Assembly: GCF_001194135.2 (NCBI RefSeq) | Contig: NC_068985.1 | Span: 126,031,962 to 126,091,336, forward strand | Source: Octopus bimaculoides | Lineage: Eukaryota | DNA length: 59,375 nt | Reading direction: 5' to 3' | Shown: positions 25,493 to 39,614 of the stretch, piece by piece | Layout: every line of letters starts with the position of its first letter | How positions within the stretch are numbered: position 1 is the stretch's first letter | Translations under genes and position numbers: made by a program | Notes under the pieces: model-generated | What the model saw: only the letters and a program-made list of their open reading frames with translations | Told to the model about the DNA's origin: nothing | Database searches by the model: none

Positions 25493-25685
25493 CGAACCGT
25501 TAAGTTACTGGGATATAAACACACCAACATCGGTTGTCAAGCAATGGTGGGTAGGACAATACAGAGAAAGAGTCACACACACGTACATACAAATATATAT
25601 ATACATATATATATTCGACAGGATTCTTTCAGTTTCTATCTACCAAATCCACTCACTAGCTTTTGGTCGGCCCGAGGCTTTAGTA
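25493..25685 (-). mobile_element. SINE family A, interrupted by the mariner; continues at 26932-26960
   Basis: GGTCGGCCCGAGGCTTTAGTA | GAAGATACTTGCCCAAGGTGCC rejoins the SINE body seen at 54920-54970. Confidence 0.88.
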
Positions 25686-26931
25686 TTAGGTTGTCACACG
25701 TGAAATGTCGTATTTGAAAAGTAACAATAAAATGTTTTAGAAATGTTAGAGAACTGATTTATTTAATCAAATTATGATCAAATTATGATCCATGTTCATT
25801 TATGACCTTTAGCCAACGTTTTTCTAAGCCATATATTCCATCTTTTAAAAAAAAATCATCTTTTGCTGTGATAAACTGTCCAAATGCTTCAATTACCTCT
25901 TCTCTATTTAGGAATGTTTTATTGCGTATGAAAAGCTCAAAATGCTTAAATAAGTAGGAGAGATATCAGGGGAATAGGGAGGATGTTGCAAAATCTCATA
26001 ATTCAGGCTTTGCAACTTTTGGACCGTAGCTTGAGGAGTATGAGGACGTGAATTGTCGTGGAGCAAAATTGGGCCCTCTCTATTCACTAGTCTGGGCTGC
26101 TTCTTTTTCAAATTCTCATACATACAATCAATTTCCGAGCAATACGATGTTGCTGTTACTGTTTTTTCCTTGTTGCAAAGATGACTAATGAATAACCTCC
26201 TTCGCAGACCACCATACAGTGACCACTAACACTTTAGAGTGCAATGGTGGTTTTTGGTAGTGTTTGGGTGACTCTCCTGCATCTAATCACTGTCCTGTTC
26301 CCCTGTTAAAGAGTATCCATTTCTCATCACATGTAATGATTCGATGCAAAAATGGTAATTTTTCCAGTCGAGAAAATAATAAGGAGCACACCTCGAGACG
26401 CCTGATGTTTTTTTTTTAAATCTCGTTCAGTTGGTGTGGAACAAACCAATCCATTTCTGGACTTTTCCAAATATTTCAGGTGTCGAACAACAATTGTGCG
26501 AGATGTTAGGAGTTCTGATGACAGTTTATGGACCGTTGCTCTCGGATTTTGTTCAACCAAGACATTTCATCCATCATGCCGAGTAACTGATTTTGGCCTT
26601 CCCCTTAGTTCCCTTTCAAGGCTATCATCTCCTGATCTTTGCAACCATCTCTGAAAAGTTCTGACGTCAACAAAACCATTACCAAAGCCCGCTTGATATT
26701 CCGTAGAGCTTCCGCGGCAGAGTGACCCAGTTTGTACCCATACGAGAAAATCACTCAGCATAGTTTGGTTGTTATCATTTTCATAAGGCCTGTGAGTACG
26801 AATTGCGTATACCAATATTGTTTGGAAAGAAAAAGAATCAAGATTAGATGCAAGGGTATACATAATTGAGTTTTTAAATGACTGGAATGACAAGTAATTA
26901 AAAATGTGACATTTCATGTGTGATAACCTAA
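25686..26931 (-). mobile_element. Full-length mariner (DD34D-type) transposon with inactivated transposase
   Basis: ~28-bp TIRs TTAGGTT(G/A)TCACAC(G/A)TGAAATGTC with TA duplicated at 25684-85 and 26932-33. Minus-strand motifs IFSYGYKLGHSAAEALRNI, VRTFQRW, ILLHDNSRPH and HPPYSPD. Length 1246 bp. Confidence 0.95.
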
Positions 26932-27775
26932 TAGAAGATACTTGCCCAAGGTGCCAGAGCTTCTTACGACACAGACATGCTAATATTTATTTTTGTATTT
27001 CAATGTACGTGTATATATATGTGAGATGTTGTGAACGTATATAATCTTATATTTTACTCTGCTTTCAAACAGTACTTAAAGTTAAAGTTGTTAGTTATTT
27101 AAACTTCTTGTCCTGCATACAAACATTTCAACGAACATTTCTCTTGAAACACATAAACAAAACCAAAATTGACAAGCAGAACCAACAAAAATACAAAAAT
27201 AAAAAAAAAAAAATGTATAAGTATATTAATTAAATCAATCGATAAAAGAGCGAATAAATCGATCCTGGATAAATCAAAAGAAAACTGACAACTTTAACGT
27301 ACATTAAACAAGATCTCAATGAGGATTTTGTCTCTAACGTTTTCTCAAATTCCATTCTATAAGATCGCGTTCATTTTTTAACTCATCGTCGTCATCACCT
27401 TAATGCTAATCATCGCCCACCCCTATCTATCTATCTATCTATCTAAGGTTACCATGGTCTTTTCCGTATGCTTTTCTCTCCATGGATAAACCTAATGTTA
27501 CCCCATTTTACACAATTGACATTTTCTGTGATATACGATACCCCCCCNNNNNNNNNNNNNNNNNNNNNNNNNNNNNNNNNNNNNNNNNNNNNNNNNNNNN
27601 NNNNNNNNNNNNNNNNNNNNNNNNNNNNNNNNNNNNNNNNNNNNNNNNNNNNNNNNNNNNNNNNNNNNNNNNNNNNNNNNNNNNNNNNNNNNNNNNNNNN
27701 NNNNNNNNNNNNNNNNNNNNNNNNNNNNNNNNNNNNNNNNNNNNNNNNNNNNNNNNNNNNNNNNNNNNNNNNNNN

Positions 27776-27814
<39 letters not shown>

Positions 27815-27936
27815 ATACATATATGTGTGTGTACGCGTGTGTGTACATACATATACATATATATAAATGTGTATACATGCATACACACCTGCATACATAG
27901 ATACACATATATGTGTGTGTGTGTATATATATATAT

Positions 27937-27987
<51 letters not shown>

Positions 27988-28743
27988 TACATACATACAC
28001 ATATATATATATATATATACATACATATATATGCTTGTATGCATGCGCGCGTATGTATGCATGTATGTATGCATGTATATGTGTGTGTGTCTGTGTGTGT
28101 GTGTTTAGTTTGGATGGGTGTTTGGGTGGGTTTGTGGATGTGTGTTGTTATTAAGAAAATTGTGGGTTTAAATAGTTTTGTATTTGGATGAAACGTTGGA
28201 GCGTCGGTCAAAATGCGTGCAGTAATTCATTTACAGATTTTTTTATTTCGAATCCTCCCAAATTCAACATTGCTTTTTATCTGTTCGGAATTGATAAAAT
28301 AAAGTACCCGTTAAATACTGGAGTCATATAACTAACTATTCCCTCCATTCCACACAAAATATTTAGCCTATGTAAGATATCATAAAGGACTGTGCATATA
28401 AAATAATCTTTAGCGTATCATTAAAACTTCTGAAGAAATGCCTTAACGATTAGGAAGCCTTTCTATTCCTATCGACACTTTACCATCAGAATTCAAATCT
28501 CGTCGAGACAACTTTGCGTCTCCTCTCTAGCGTTTCCTCTTTTCGATGTCTATAAAATAAAATATTATTTAAGTGCTGGATGTCTATGTAAGTGAATGGC
28601 CCGGACCCCAACTTTCTCAAGTTTCAATCCTTATATCAACTTGCATTTTTTTCTTCCCTACGTATAACATAGTTTTTCAGATCTGATCTCGTGCCTTGTA
28701 CGTTTAGCAATCCTCCGCATCTTTCCTTTCTTGATAGATAGAC

Positions 28744-28806
<63 letters not shown>

Positions 28807-28875
28807 ACTTGCCAGTATTACCTTTAGGGTGATGCACTTTGAGCAATGGGAGCAACTTCCTGCCTATTCTAAGTC

Positions 28876-29118
28876 AACACTTCTGAATCAGAGTCCGTAT
28901 GACCCTTGGGTGTTCATATAAGATTTATAGTTAAACTCAATATGCAAATATTGCTTATATTTCTACAATACAGAAAATATTTTATTTTCTTATACAATTC
29001 CTAATAACACTTAATTATAAAAAATAGTTTTTATACACAATGAATGTCTATGGAGGTCCAGTAGAGTAAAACAAAAATCAAAGGGGTCCATAGGCAAAAG
29101 ATGATTGAGAACCACTAA
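28876..29118. mobile_element. Possible hAT-type non-autonomous element, only one end recognisable
   Basis: Ends in GGGGTCCATAGG...TTGAGAACCACT, resembling a CAGTGGTTCTCAA-type terminus. The other end is decayed. Confidence 0.3.
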
Positions 29119-29129
29119 TCTAAAGGGCA

Positions 29130-29390
29130 AATGGCGTGGAGTGGATCAGATTGAAAAGGTTGAAGACAGACACCTTCTTCTTTGGGTAAGTCCTTAGAAA
29201 CTTTTAGAAGTTTCACTTAAAAAAGAAAAGTGAGTGGAAGAGAAAAGCTGCTTTCCAGTAAATTTATTGGAAAGTGAATGAGAATGGTGAGGGTAGTCTC
29301 TGTAAATGGGCCTTGTCCGGACATGCAGCAGTACATTATGAGAGAAGGATAGGGAGAGGACATTTGCACTAGTGGTATGGGCGACTATAA
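29130..29390 (+). mobile_element. Tx1/L1-like ORF2 C-terminal fragment, copy 1 (more decayed)
   Basis: VEWIRLKRLKT...KFHLK/RKVSGREKLLSSKFIGK*MRMVR..NGP is homologous to the same segment in 29900-30070. Confidence 0.7.
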
Positions 29391-29394
29391 TTTT

Positions 29395-30319
29395 GTCTCA
29401 TTGACAGAGCTGCAGTCCTGGATCAAGCATAGACAGAGAAAGAGTACTCAGTACATTGAGCGTCGGCAAGCGCTCACAACCCTCATCCAGTTGGGAAATA
29501 CGGTCGGCGGAATGCCACATTTGCGTTTTGTGAAGAATTAGTGGCAGGCAAGAGCGATGACGTCCTCGGGCAATCTCTGGGCATTGGGAATGATCAATTA
29601 GCTGGTCTTTCTCGGAGGACATGCGGGCCAGGGCCTACGGATAATTTCCAGAAATCCCTGGCCTGACAGTACTGACGGAGACAAGTTTTATGGGCACGAA
29701 AGTGCTGTCAGACGGATCTGTACAAGAAGTGTGCAGGGCGATGAAACTGTGTCCGGTGTCCGGTCCAGTGACTGGGCATCGCTGACTTGTGGAGCTTTGT
29801 CTAGCAGCTGTTTTCACGTGTAGGACGGATCCGGTTATCGGCGAGCCCATCGTGAAGATAACTCCGCCACTTTATTTTGGTAGTTATAGCGAAAGCTGTA
29901 GTATGGTAGACAAGGTTGAAAGGACTGAAGACAGAACCTTCCTATTCGACCAAGTTCTACTTGGAAAGGAAAGTAAGAGTGGAGAGGGAAGTGTTGCCTC
30001 CCAGAAACTTTGTTGAAAGGTGGGTGAATGCGGCAAGGATGTACTGTATGAATGGACCTACTCTGAGCATGCGCCAGAGGAAATGCAACGGAAACGGGTG
30101 CTCGCTCAAGACTCCTTGGCATTCGGGGCATCTATGTCGAGTTTGGTTCCTTAGTTGACCCTGGGTGGAGCTTTGTCACTTTTTGGAAAATTTTGTTGTC
30201 CGAATTTTTATTGTTAATTGCTTAGTTCTTTTACTGATTACATGCGCCATAATTAAACCCCCACTGTCCTTTGTGTTGTATAGTTTTTGTGTGCAGCCCT
30301 TGTAGCCAATAAAAAAAGA
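29395..30319 (+). mobile_element. Tx1/L1-like LINE 3' end (ORF2 zinc-finger region plus 3' UTR)
   Basis: QKSLA*QY*R, DKFYGHESAVRRICTRSVQGDETV, LFSRVGRIRLS, KFYLERKVRVEREVLPPRNFVERWVNAARM. The UTR ends AATAAAAAAAGA, followed by (ATT)n. Confidence 0.8.
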
Positions 30320-30405
<86 letters not shown>

Positions 30406-30455
30406 CATTATTATTATTATTATTATTATTATTGTTATTATTATTATTATTATTA

Positions 30456-30491
<36 letters not shown>

Positions 30492-30505
30492 CATCATCAT
30501 CATCA
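30320..30505. repeat. (ATT)n/(ATC)n microsatellite
   Basis: Directly visible. Confidence 0.98.
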
Positions 30506-30507
30506 TA

Positions 30508-30710
30508 CAGGTGAGCTGGCAGAATCGTTATCACACCGAGCAAAATGCTTAACGGTATTTCGTATGCTGCTACATTCTGAGTTCAAATTCCGCCGAGATC
30601 GACTTTGCCTTACATCCTTTCGGGATCGATAAATTAAGTACCAGGCAAATACTGGTGTTGATGTAATTGACTGTCTCCTCTCCCCACAAATTCCAGGCCT
30701 TGTGCCTATA
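30508..30710 (+). mobile_element. SINE family B, near complete
   Basis: Head AGGTGAGCTGGCAGAATCGTTA...TTCTGAGTTCAAATTCC (A/B-box like). The body matches four or more other copies in the window. Confidence 0.88.
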
Positions 30711-30736
30711 GAATTCATATACACACAACAGATTAG

Positions 30737-31290
30737 ACTGTTAGAAAAGAAAAATTTCGAACATCAGGTTACAACAAATAACCTTAGATGCCCAAGAACC
30801 CTCCTAAGTATCCTAGCTGTCCCTAATAAAACTGTTTTCTGGAGCTGTATTAAACTAGGTTTTATGCCTATTTCCTCTGTCCATCTGTTCAAATCTTTAG
30901 GGATCGTTCCTAATGCACCTTTAGGCACTGGGATACATTTTACCCGCACTTTTCATAGTCTCTATAATAGAATGGCTAGGTCCTCGTACTTTGCTACTTT
31001 TTCTTTACCTCTCATATTGATTGTTTCATCATTTGGGATTGCAAAATCAGTGATCTGGCACTTTCTATTCTCTTTATCTAGTACTGCTAAAACAGGCCTT
31101 CTAGCCTCTCTCACTCTGTCAGTCTGAATGTTAAAGTCCCACATCTTATATTTTTTACTTTCTAGAACTTTACTAGGTTTATTATTACCATTATTATTAT
31201 TATTCCAACTCAGGTTTTGTTGGAAGACCTCGAGTCTTCCATGCAGTGTGTGCCTGCCAACTGCAGCCGATGGTACTACGCTATCCAGCT
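30737..31290 (-). mobile_element. Dong/R4-type LINE 3' fragment with restriction-like endonuclease domain
   Basis: MWDFNIQTDRVREARRPVLAVLDK...DFAIPND...KEKVAKYEDLA and IPVPKGALGTIPK...LQKTVLLGTARILRRVL. Confidence 0.9.
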
Positions 31291-32954
31291 GTTTCAACAT
31301 TTTATAACTTTTTCATAGACGGGTTAGCAAATATATCTGGAAAACTATGTTCTAAAGAACGTACTTTTAAATTACACATAGGCATGAACATTCATGCTCA
31401 TATATATTTGCTTTTACACTTAGGTTAATGATCAATGCATAAACACAGAAGCACACGCAATCATATAATCGTAACACGTATAAAATATCATTGATAAACT
31501 CCGTCGGCAAAATCAGTAAATAAACCTTGAAATTAGATAAGTGTGTTTATGCCTCAAGAAGTACGATCTTCAGTTAAGATTACCTTTAAATTATATACAG
31601 CCATTTTAACAAAGAAATGTAACATTGGACACATTATGCCAGATAGAAACGACATCTTTGATTATAGATTTGCTCGATAAGGACTCACCTGATACTAGTG
31701 AACAGAAATAACAATGTTATTTTCTAAACAATGACCAGCTAAAATTATCCCCACTTTCTTCATTTTTATTATGCTTTACAGGTCTTTAACACGGCCATGT
31801 TTACCTCTAAAAGTGACTAATTATCTTCTTCAGGTATGGAAAGATATTTGATTCTGAACAGTTGATTTTAAATAAAAACATACCCAACATTAGTGTACTG
31901 ACTATCCTCCAGATAGTGCATACCCTCCACATACATATGATGTTGTCCCTGCTAATGGTTAACCTACCTACGAGTAATATCAGCCAAATGTACCTCAAAT
32001 CACATCCTGTCATTTACAAAGGGTAAGAAACATTTAATGGTGTAGTCCTAAGATTGGGTAAGAGATAAGATGTTCGCGAACATTGGTTATTGTTCTAATT
32101 CCGTAAGGCTAACCAGGGACAAACAACGACAACATACATAATCGCGCCCACACATATACACACACTTTAATCCTATGACCGCACAATTAAATTTCATGGT
32201 CATTCCCATAACGATATTAATTATCCACCAAAAAATAGAATTGATATCTCCTGCTTCTGAAATACTTTTCCAGTATCTCCTTAGGTACGATCTTTATATC
32301 CACGTCTAAAAGTATTTGATTCTTACTCTTTAAAGAAATGTTTTATGTGATTTGTGAGAATTCTAAGACAATCTGAAAAATTGTCTTCTGTAAAAAGTGT
32401 CACTAGGGATGTATCTGCTTCTCGTAGCACAATGAGAGGATTTTCAAAACCGTAGAGTGGAGCCGTTTTCTGCTGAAAACAGTAATAAAATGTTGAGCGG
32501 ATATAGAGCTAAAGAGCAAATAAGACCACTGAAGATGGCACTGAAGATTTCGCTAACAAACACTCCACAAACATTTCACTACTAATATGCGACGTTCTTC
32601 TTCTTAACAGTTCAACTTCATTAGAAATTGTTAAAAAGTGGCCATCACAGCTGCTCTCACTCATTAAAACTGTCCTCATTAACTGTATTGTCGAAGTATT
32701 CTAACTTACCCATTTACCTTCGATATTTCATCTATCAAAATTGAAATCCTTCGTAATTCTTCTCATGTCCATATATACTTCACTTTATGGCAGTTCCTCT
32801 CATGTCCACATATACTTCACTTTACCAGAATTTTAAGAATATAAAATATAGACTCTAGAAATAAAATCAGTCTGCAGTAAACTTTAAAGGCACACGCAAA
32901 AATATCATTAAATTCAGACATACGGACACACGCACACACACAAACATATGTATA

Positions 32955-32991
<37 letters not shown>

Positions 32992-33140
32992 GTGCGTGTG
33001 TGTTTGTATACATATATGCATTAATATATATGCATGTGTTTGAGGAAATAACGTGTGTGTGTTTTGCAACTATGTACCATGTTTGTATNNNNNNNNNNNN
33101 NNNNNNNNNNNNNNNNNNNATATATATATATATATATATA

Positions 33141-33750
33141 TACTAAACTAGACTACCCGTGACCCATTGCGCCACCAGTAGTTCAAGGTACCCGAAAAGA
33201 CCGCGTATCTCGGGAATCCGTGGTCCGAATTATGGGTAACTTACTTTATTCCGTTTGTATTCGCATGAACATCCGATTTATGATGTCTTCTGCTACTGTC
33301 CCTTTCCTTCTGTTCCGTTTGTATTCACATTTCAAAGCATTTTCCCCCATTATACGCTGGTTTTATTATTTTAAAAGGTACCCGAAAAAAACCGTGTATT
33401 TCGGTAACCCGTGGTCTGATTTACGCGAAACTTGTTTTATTCAGTTTGCATTCGCATGAGCATCCGATTTATGACGTCTGCTGCTTCTCTCTCTTTCCTT
33501 CTGTTCCGCCAGACTCTCAGCCCTTGCTTTATCAGTCTCTTTGATCCTTCAATTCGCATGCCTATCCCGATTTTGGGAAAATATTTCTTACTTCGGTCTG
33601 AAATTTTTTTTTGAGGGGTGGGGGCTGGCATTCAACGTATTTCACGCCAAACCCACCGCAAGCCACTTTCTTCCAGAACAGAAAGGGGTGAGGGTGGTGG
33701 GAACCTCGGAATTTCCTGAGAAATATACATACATACATACATACATANNN
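33141..33750. repeat. Unclassified element with a ~190-bp internal tandem duplication (possibly Helitron/DINE-like)
   Basis: 33185-33330 and 33376-33510 both start AAGGTACCCGAAAA and align throughout. The element begins ...ACTAGACTACCCG after (TA)n and ends in (ACAT)n. Confidence 0.45.
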
Positions 33751-34570
33751 NNNNNNNNNNNNNNNNNNNNNNNNNNNNNNNNNNNNNNNNNNNNNNNNNN
33801 NNNNNNNNNNNNNNNNNNNNNNNNNNNNNNNNNNNNNNNNNNNNNNNNNNNNNNNNNNNNNNNNNNNNNNNNNNNNNNNNNNNNNNNNNNNNNNNNNNNN
33901 NNNNNNNNNNNNNNNNNNNNNNNNNNNNNNNNNNNNNNNNNNNNNNNNNNNNNNNNATATATATATATATATATATATACATACATATGTACATACATGC
34001 ATACATACGTATATATACATATATATATGCGTAAAAAATTTAGATTCAAGGTGAATATGGTACTTAAGTTTAGGCACCAGAATTTAGTGTGGTATTATCC
34101 AAACTATTCCAAAAATAAGGTGATCAAAAATCAAAATAAGCAACAAGGATATTCAAGGTTACTGCAGTACGATCGTTTCATGCGGCTCCATTTATTTAAG
34201 CAATGTGAGCATTACATTAAATGTAAAATGCAGAGCAATTTTCAGCTGCACAAAGATACAGAAAATTTACTGAAATTTCATTTCAGTAGAAGGTCATATT
34301 ACTGTTGTAACTACATTTAAACAATCCAAGTCGGATGGAAGAATATAAAATACCATTTTGACTTAGCCAAAGCAAACAGGGTAGTAATTAATTATATATA
34401 TACGTATGTATATGTATACAATGCATCGCATAGAATCAATGAACATGCATATGCATATAATACATACATACGTATGCATACACACATGCATATACAAGCA
34501 TAAATACAAGTTCCGATTACGTATAGAAATACAAATATTTCTTGTGAATATATACATATACACATATCTG

Positions 34571-34659
<89 letters not shown>

Positions 34660-34924
34660 CATATATCTTTTTATTTATGTATCTATCTACGTATAATTTA
34701 CCGAGCACTTTCACAAACACGCGGTAACCTTGCATAAGTACGCATTTGCAATTGTAGACATATGTGTGCGAGAATATGTGTGTATGCCTGTAAGTATTGT
34801 GTACGCTTGTGTGGCAGGTGTGTTTCCGCTCGCACTTGATAATGATCTTGCATTTTACCGTTTCCTACAATTTAGGTATCTGCACTTATTCGTATACTTG
34901 AGCCTACATGCATAAACTACCTCC

Positions 34925-35027
<103 letters not shown>

Positions 35028-35598
35028 TGTGCGTGTATGTGTGTGTGTTTGTGTGCGTGTGTGTTTATGCTGTTTGCACTATACGGTATGTACCTGCATG
35101 CGTGCGCGAGCACGTAAGACTTAACGTGTATTTATGAATGCGTATATGAGATAGTGTATGTCTGTTTTCGTGTATGTGCGTATATGTGCGTTTGGGTGTG
35201 TGTCTGTATGTGTGTGTGTTTATGTGTGTTTGTGTGTATGTATGCATTTGTACCGCTCTGTGTGTGTGTTTGTGGGGGGTTGCGTTTGTGTGTGTGTGCA
35301 GTAGACCTTTTCTTCTGATAATACACAAGCTGAATTTCCATGGCTATTAAATAGGCATTCTCCAGCAATCATAGTGGTGAGTGAGAGAACGGGTGTCTTT
35401 GGGTAGTTTGCTAAAGAAGAAAATGCAATGAAGATGCCATTTCTGGTGCAATACCCCGACGGCTTTCCGAAATCATTGATTGGAATTACTGGGCAGTTGT
35501 TAAGGAAAGAAAGTTCTACAAAGTAGTTGCTCGCGCACAATTTCAAACACGTTCATTGTATGTATAAACACAGAACTTATATTTTGTGCCTCTTTATG

Positions 35599-35634
<36 letters not shown>

Positions 35635-36005
35635 TGTATGCATGTATGCATGTATGTATGTATGTAGGTAGGTAGGTAGGTAGGTAGGTAGGTAGGTAGG
35701 TAGGTATGCATGCATGTATTATGTTGATGTATGTATGTATACATATATGCATGTATGTATGTGTATATGTGTATATGTGTATGTGTGTGTGGATGTATGT
35801 ATGTATGTACGTATCTCCCTCTCTCTTTCTCTCCGTCTGTATATATATACTATATTTATACATGAGTTATAAACTCGTATAAATATATGTATATTTGTGT
35901 CCCTGTATAACTATCTCTCAATCTTAATAATGAAGCAAGCTCACATACTTAGAAAGGAAGGGATAGGCCGCCAAGATGGACATGGGTACACATTAACATA
36001 TATTT

Positions 36006-36125
<120 letters not shown>

Positions 36126-36154
36126 ATATATATATATAATGTGGGAGTTATAAT

Positions 36155-36211
<57 letters not shown>

Positions 36212-36911
36212 TAGGAAATTACTTTTTACGTATAAGCATATAACCCAGACTAATTATGACATTTTAACAGAAAAGCTATTATAACAGATTAAACTTTCTT
36301 ATATTGTATCACCTATTCTTTACTACTATAATCTTACATTGTGTTTCATAGCCTTTCCTACTAACGGCAGTTAACCACACAGACATTATCCTATGCTACA
36401 CGAAATATAAAGAAGAAATATCCATTCAGTTGACCGAAAAATGGTAATACTCAGCCCGTCCGCCATTTTAAATGGAATATAGAACACTAACCAATCTGCT
36501 TTTCCATGAACGCCAACCCATTGGAATTCCATTTCTCATTTTATAAGAGCGGCCTTAATATACGTACAAAATAACAAAAGTGGCCACAATATTAGTTTTT
36601 TTTTTCTTTCTCTTGTCTTGTATTTTTCAGCGAATAACGAGGATTACGTTGATGAGAGACCAGTCTTAAACATCATTTTGTACAGGAAAATAGACATTAT
36701 TTCATAGACTTTGGAAAGAAATTCCCAAAGAATCTTATATCTGCTACCATCACCGGGGTAAATTCAATTTAAAACTGTAAATAGTCCAGCTTGAAAATTT
36801 TGAACTGACAACTCATATTTGGCACTCTATATCCGTTTCTTGCCTTTATCATACTAGGAAGAAGCAACACATACATACATACATACATACATACATACAT
36901 ACATACATGCA

Positions 36912-36944
<33 letters not shown>

Positions 36945-37215
36945 GCATACATACATACATACATGCATACATACATACATATACATATAGACATACATAC
37001 ATACATATACATATAGACATACATACGCACATACATGTATGGATGCATGCTTGCCTATTACACAATAATATTGATAATCTAAGATACCGGAAGTTACAGA
37101 AACTAATTTTCGAATTACTGCAATAGACGTCCTTTCTCAATTTGACACACAATTTCATTGCTATTATATGCAATGATATGGCGCATGTTAGCAATGACGG
37201 AGGTCACAGTAAATC

Positions 37216-37284
<69 letters not shown>

Positions 37285-37359
37285 CAACAGTAGTGGTTAC
37301 GAACACTTTAGAAAGTTGATATACTGTACAAGAACATGTATAGTACTTGCAATTTTCCA

Positions 37360-37520
37360 GCTGGTGTATCATGGGGATCCGTCATCTCATACACTGTTTT
37401 CATTCTATATCTACACGAGCTTCCACACACCTCAGCCCTTGCATATGACCCTATACGCAGAAGACATCACACTTACATCCTCCCATCATTTTGTTAATAT
37501 CCATACAAACAACCCCATTG
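37360..37520 (+). pseudogene. Old LINE reverse-transcriptase fragment
   Basis: VYHGDPSSHTLFSFYIY...LYAEDITLTSSH resembles RT motifs GVPQG..LSP.LF..Y and YADD. Confidence 0.55.
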
Positions 37521-39614
37521 AACATCGAAGTCAATCATTTGAGACAAAAGTCTAATGATTTTAAGCCTTTGCCTGTCCTCTGTATCACATGTGATACACG
37601 GAAGATATTTCTCTGATGTCCAAGTGTTATATATGATGCACATTGCCATATCTTTTAAATCATCATAGTAGCTTGGAAGTTTTTATATTACTCAGAATGT
37701 ATAACACAAGGGCTAACTAAAAGTCTGAAAACAAGCATAGAAGCTCAGGACAAATTTATGAAAAGGATTTGTACGGCCAAAGGGTTAATGCAGCATCAAC
37801 CTTCGCAACACACATAGAAGACTTATAGAACACAAACCGTGGTACAAACAAACTTTAAGTAATAGATACCACATTTGGTCAACAGAAAGGCATAACAGCT
37901 ATTGCTTACAATTGATCCATTAGCTCTATCATAGATTATAGTAGCTGTTTCTAGGCCCACAATCTCACGTCAGCAAATTCAATTACATTCAATGTACTCA
38001 AGACATCGAACAATGTATCGTTATGGCTTATATTACATGCACATACAACCTATGCAATGAAACAAAAATTATTCAAAATGAAAAGCGACATGGAGATATG
38101 AGGAGAACAGATTTTTTTCCTCTTCACGTTTCAACCTTCATTGTCATTGAGTTTAGATGAAATAGCCCCTCACATATGCAGTCACGTAAAGAACATTTCG
38201 GGCAAGCATAAAAGCAACATCCAAAAATCTCGGACACAGAGAGAAATAACAACGCCAATAGATTCACTAAACCTTAAGCAATGTGCTGGATATGTACCAC
38301 CAACTATGAGTACCGAGGAACAGCAATTGTTGTGATCTGACCCAGGTCATTTAGGCCTCTCCTTGTGCTCATACCAAAATCTGTAAGAGTACAGAACTAG
38401 ACTTACTAGTACAGCGATTGCTACATGTTGGTTGCCGTAATTTTCCCTAACCATTTATTGCTGCATGATACTTAACGAATAAGGGACGTGATATGACTGA
38501 GAATTTATATCTGTGTCGTATCCTTTCGCTTGGTATCTGAGTGTTACACAATTACTCAGTCAGGGTAGACCTGGGATTACAAAATAGCAACAGCAACTAG
38601 AACAACAACAATGAAGTATGTTTCTACACAACTAGAGCAAATAACGTAGCGCAACACATAGCAGCACTTCACGTCAGACGATCTTACAATATTAGCTTAT
38701 CACTTCCAATGCATCGCCTTTACCTCATATTGAATTAAATCCTGCTCACCTTACACATCCTACTCCTCCTGCAGTGTCCTACCTTCACCACTTCCCTCTC
38801 TCCTTTATAGCATCACTGTGTATTGCATTACATCTGCATTATATTTGATTATATCGGTTAAAAATTACTCTTTGTTATCTGTTCTATCAGATGGCGAACG
38901 TAATAACTCGTATTAACGTCACTTATTGCGTTTAGCTCGTGACGTTTTAATGCTCGCAACAATTAGCTTCTCTAATAGACCTTGTCATCTTTTGCGACAT
39001 GTTAAAACATAATTTCCGAATGATTTTGAAAAATTAACAACACACACAAAGAAGAAATAGAAACAACGACCACAGCAGAATGAATAAATGAATAAAAAGA
39101 TTATAAAACGAATAGAAACAAAAGCACGAATGAAACAATAGATCACAAGTTTTAAATATCCGAACAGTTTTTAGATTTGTCCCTTTACGTTCTGAGTTCA
39201 AATAAAAGCAAGACAGCTTGCTTTGCTTTCTTCATTTTTAAAATATTTTATTTATTAGTTTTATTGTAAATGTTGTTGCTGCGGATTTGGTGCACTCCAA
39301 TACTACTCCTTTACTATAATGTTTTTCGAATCACTCGTTCCTCCAGCACTGGCTTATATATATATTGTTTATATATCTTTGATTTTACTGAGTAGTGTGT
39401 CTTAGGTTAACTGGCAATGGTTGAGTAAGTAATTAACTAAATCTAATACAAAATCAGATGCCTTACTATTTACCATGACGACAGGGGCCCTTAAAGTATG
39501 GCGTACCAACGGAATAAAACCTCGGATGAAGGAGTGAACACTACTACATATAGTGAACCCCTGTCATTCGTTTGTACACCAAAATACACAGACACAGGTA
39601 TATATATATATATA

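Noticed and set aside
26715-26830. Apparent Dong-like insert (PYENDNNQ) inside the mariner
   Set aside because: Another frame gives the mariner HTH (IFSYGYKLGHSAAEAL), so it is simply transposase sequence.
37990-38090. Possible second GIY-YIG remnant (TCTYNLCNET)
   Set aside because: Requires several frameshifts and has no YIG motif.
39481-39570. Possible terminal repeat or ribozyme upstream of the Penelope RT (CTCGGATGAAGG)
   Set aside because: No GAAA segment or stems, and no second copy in the window.
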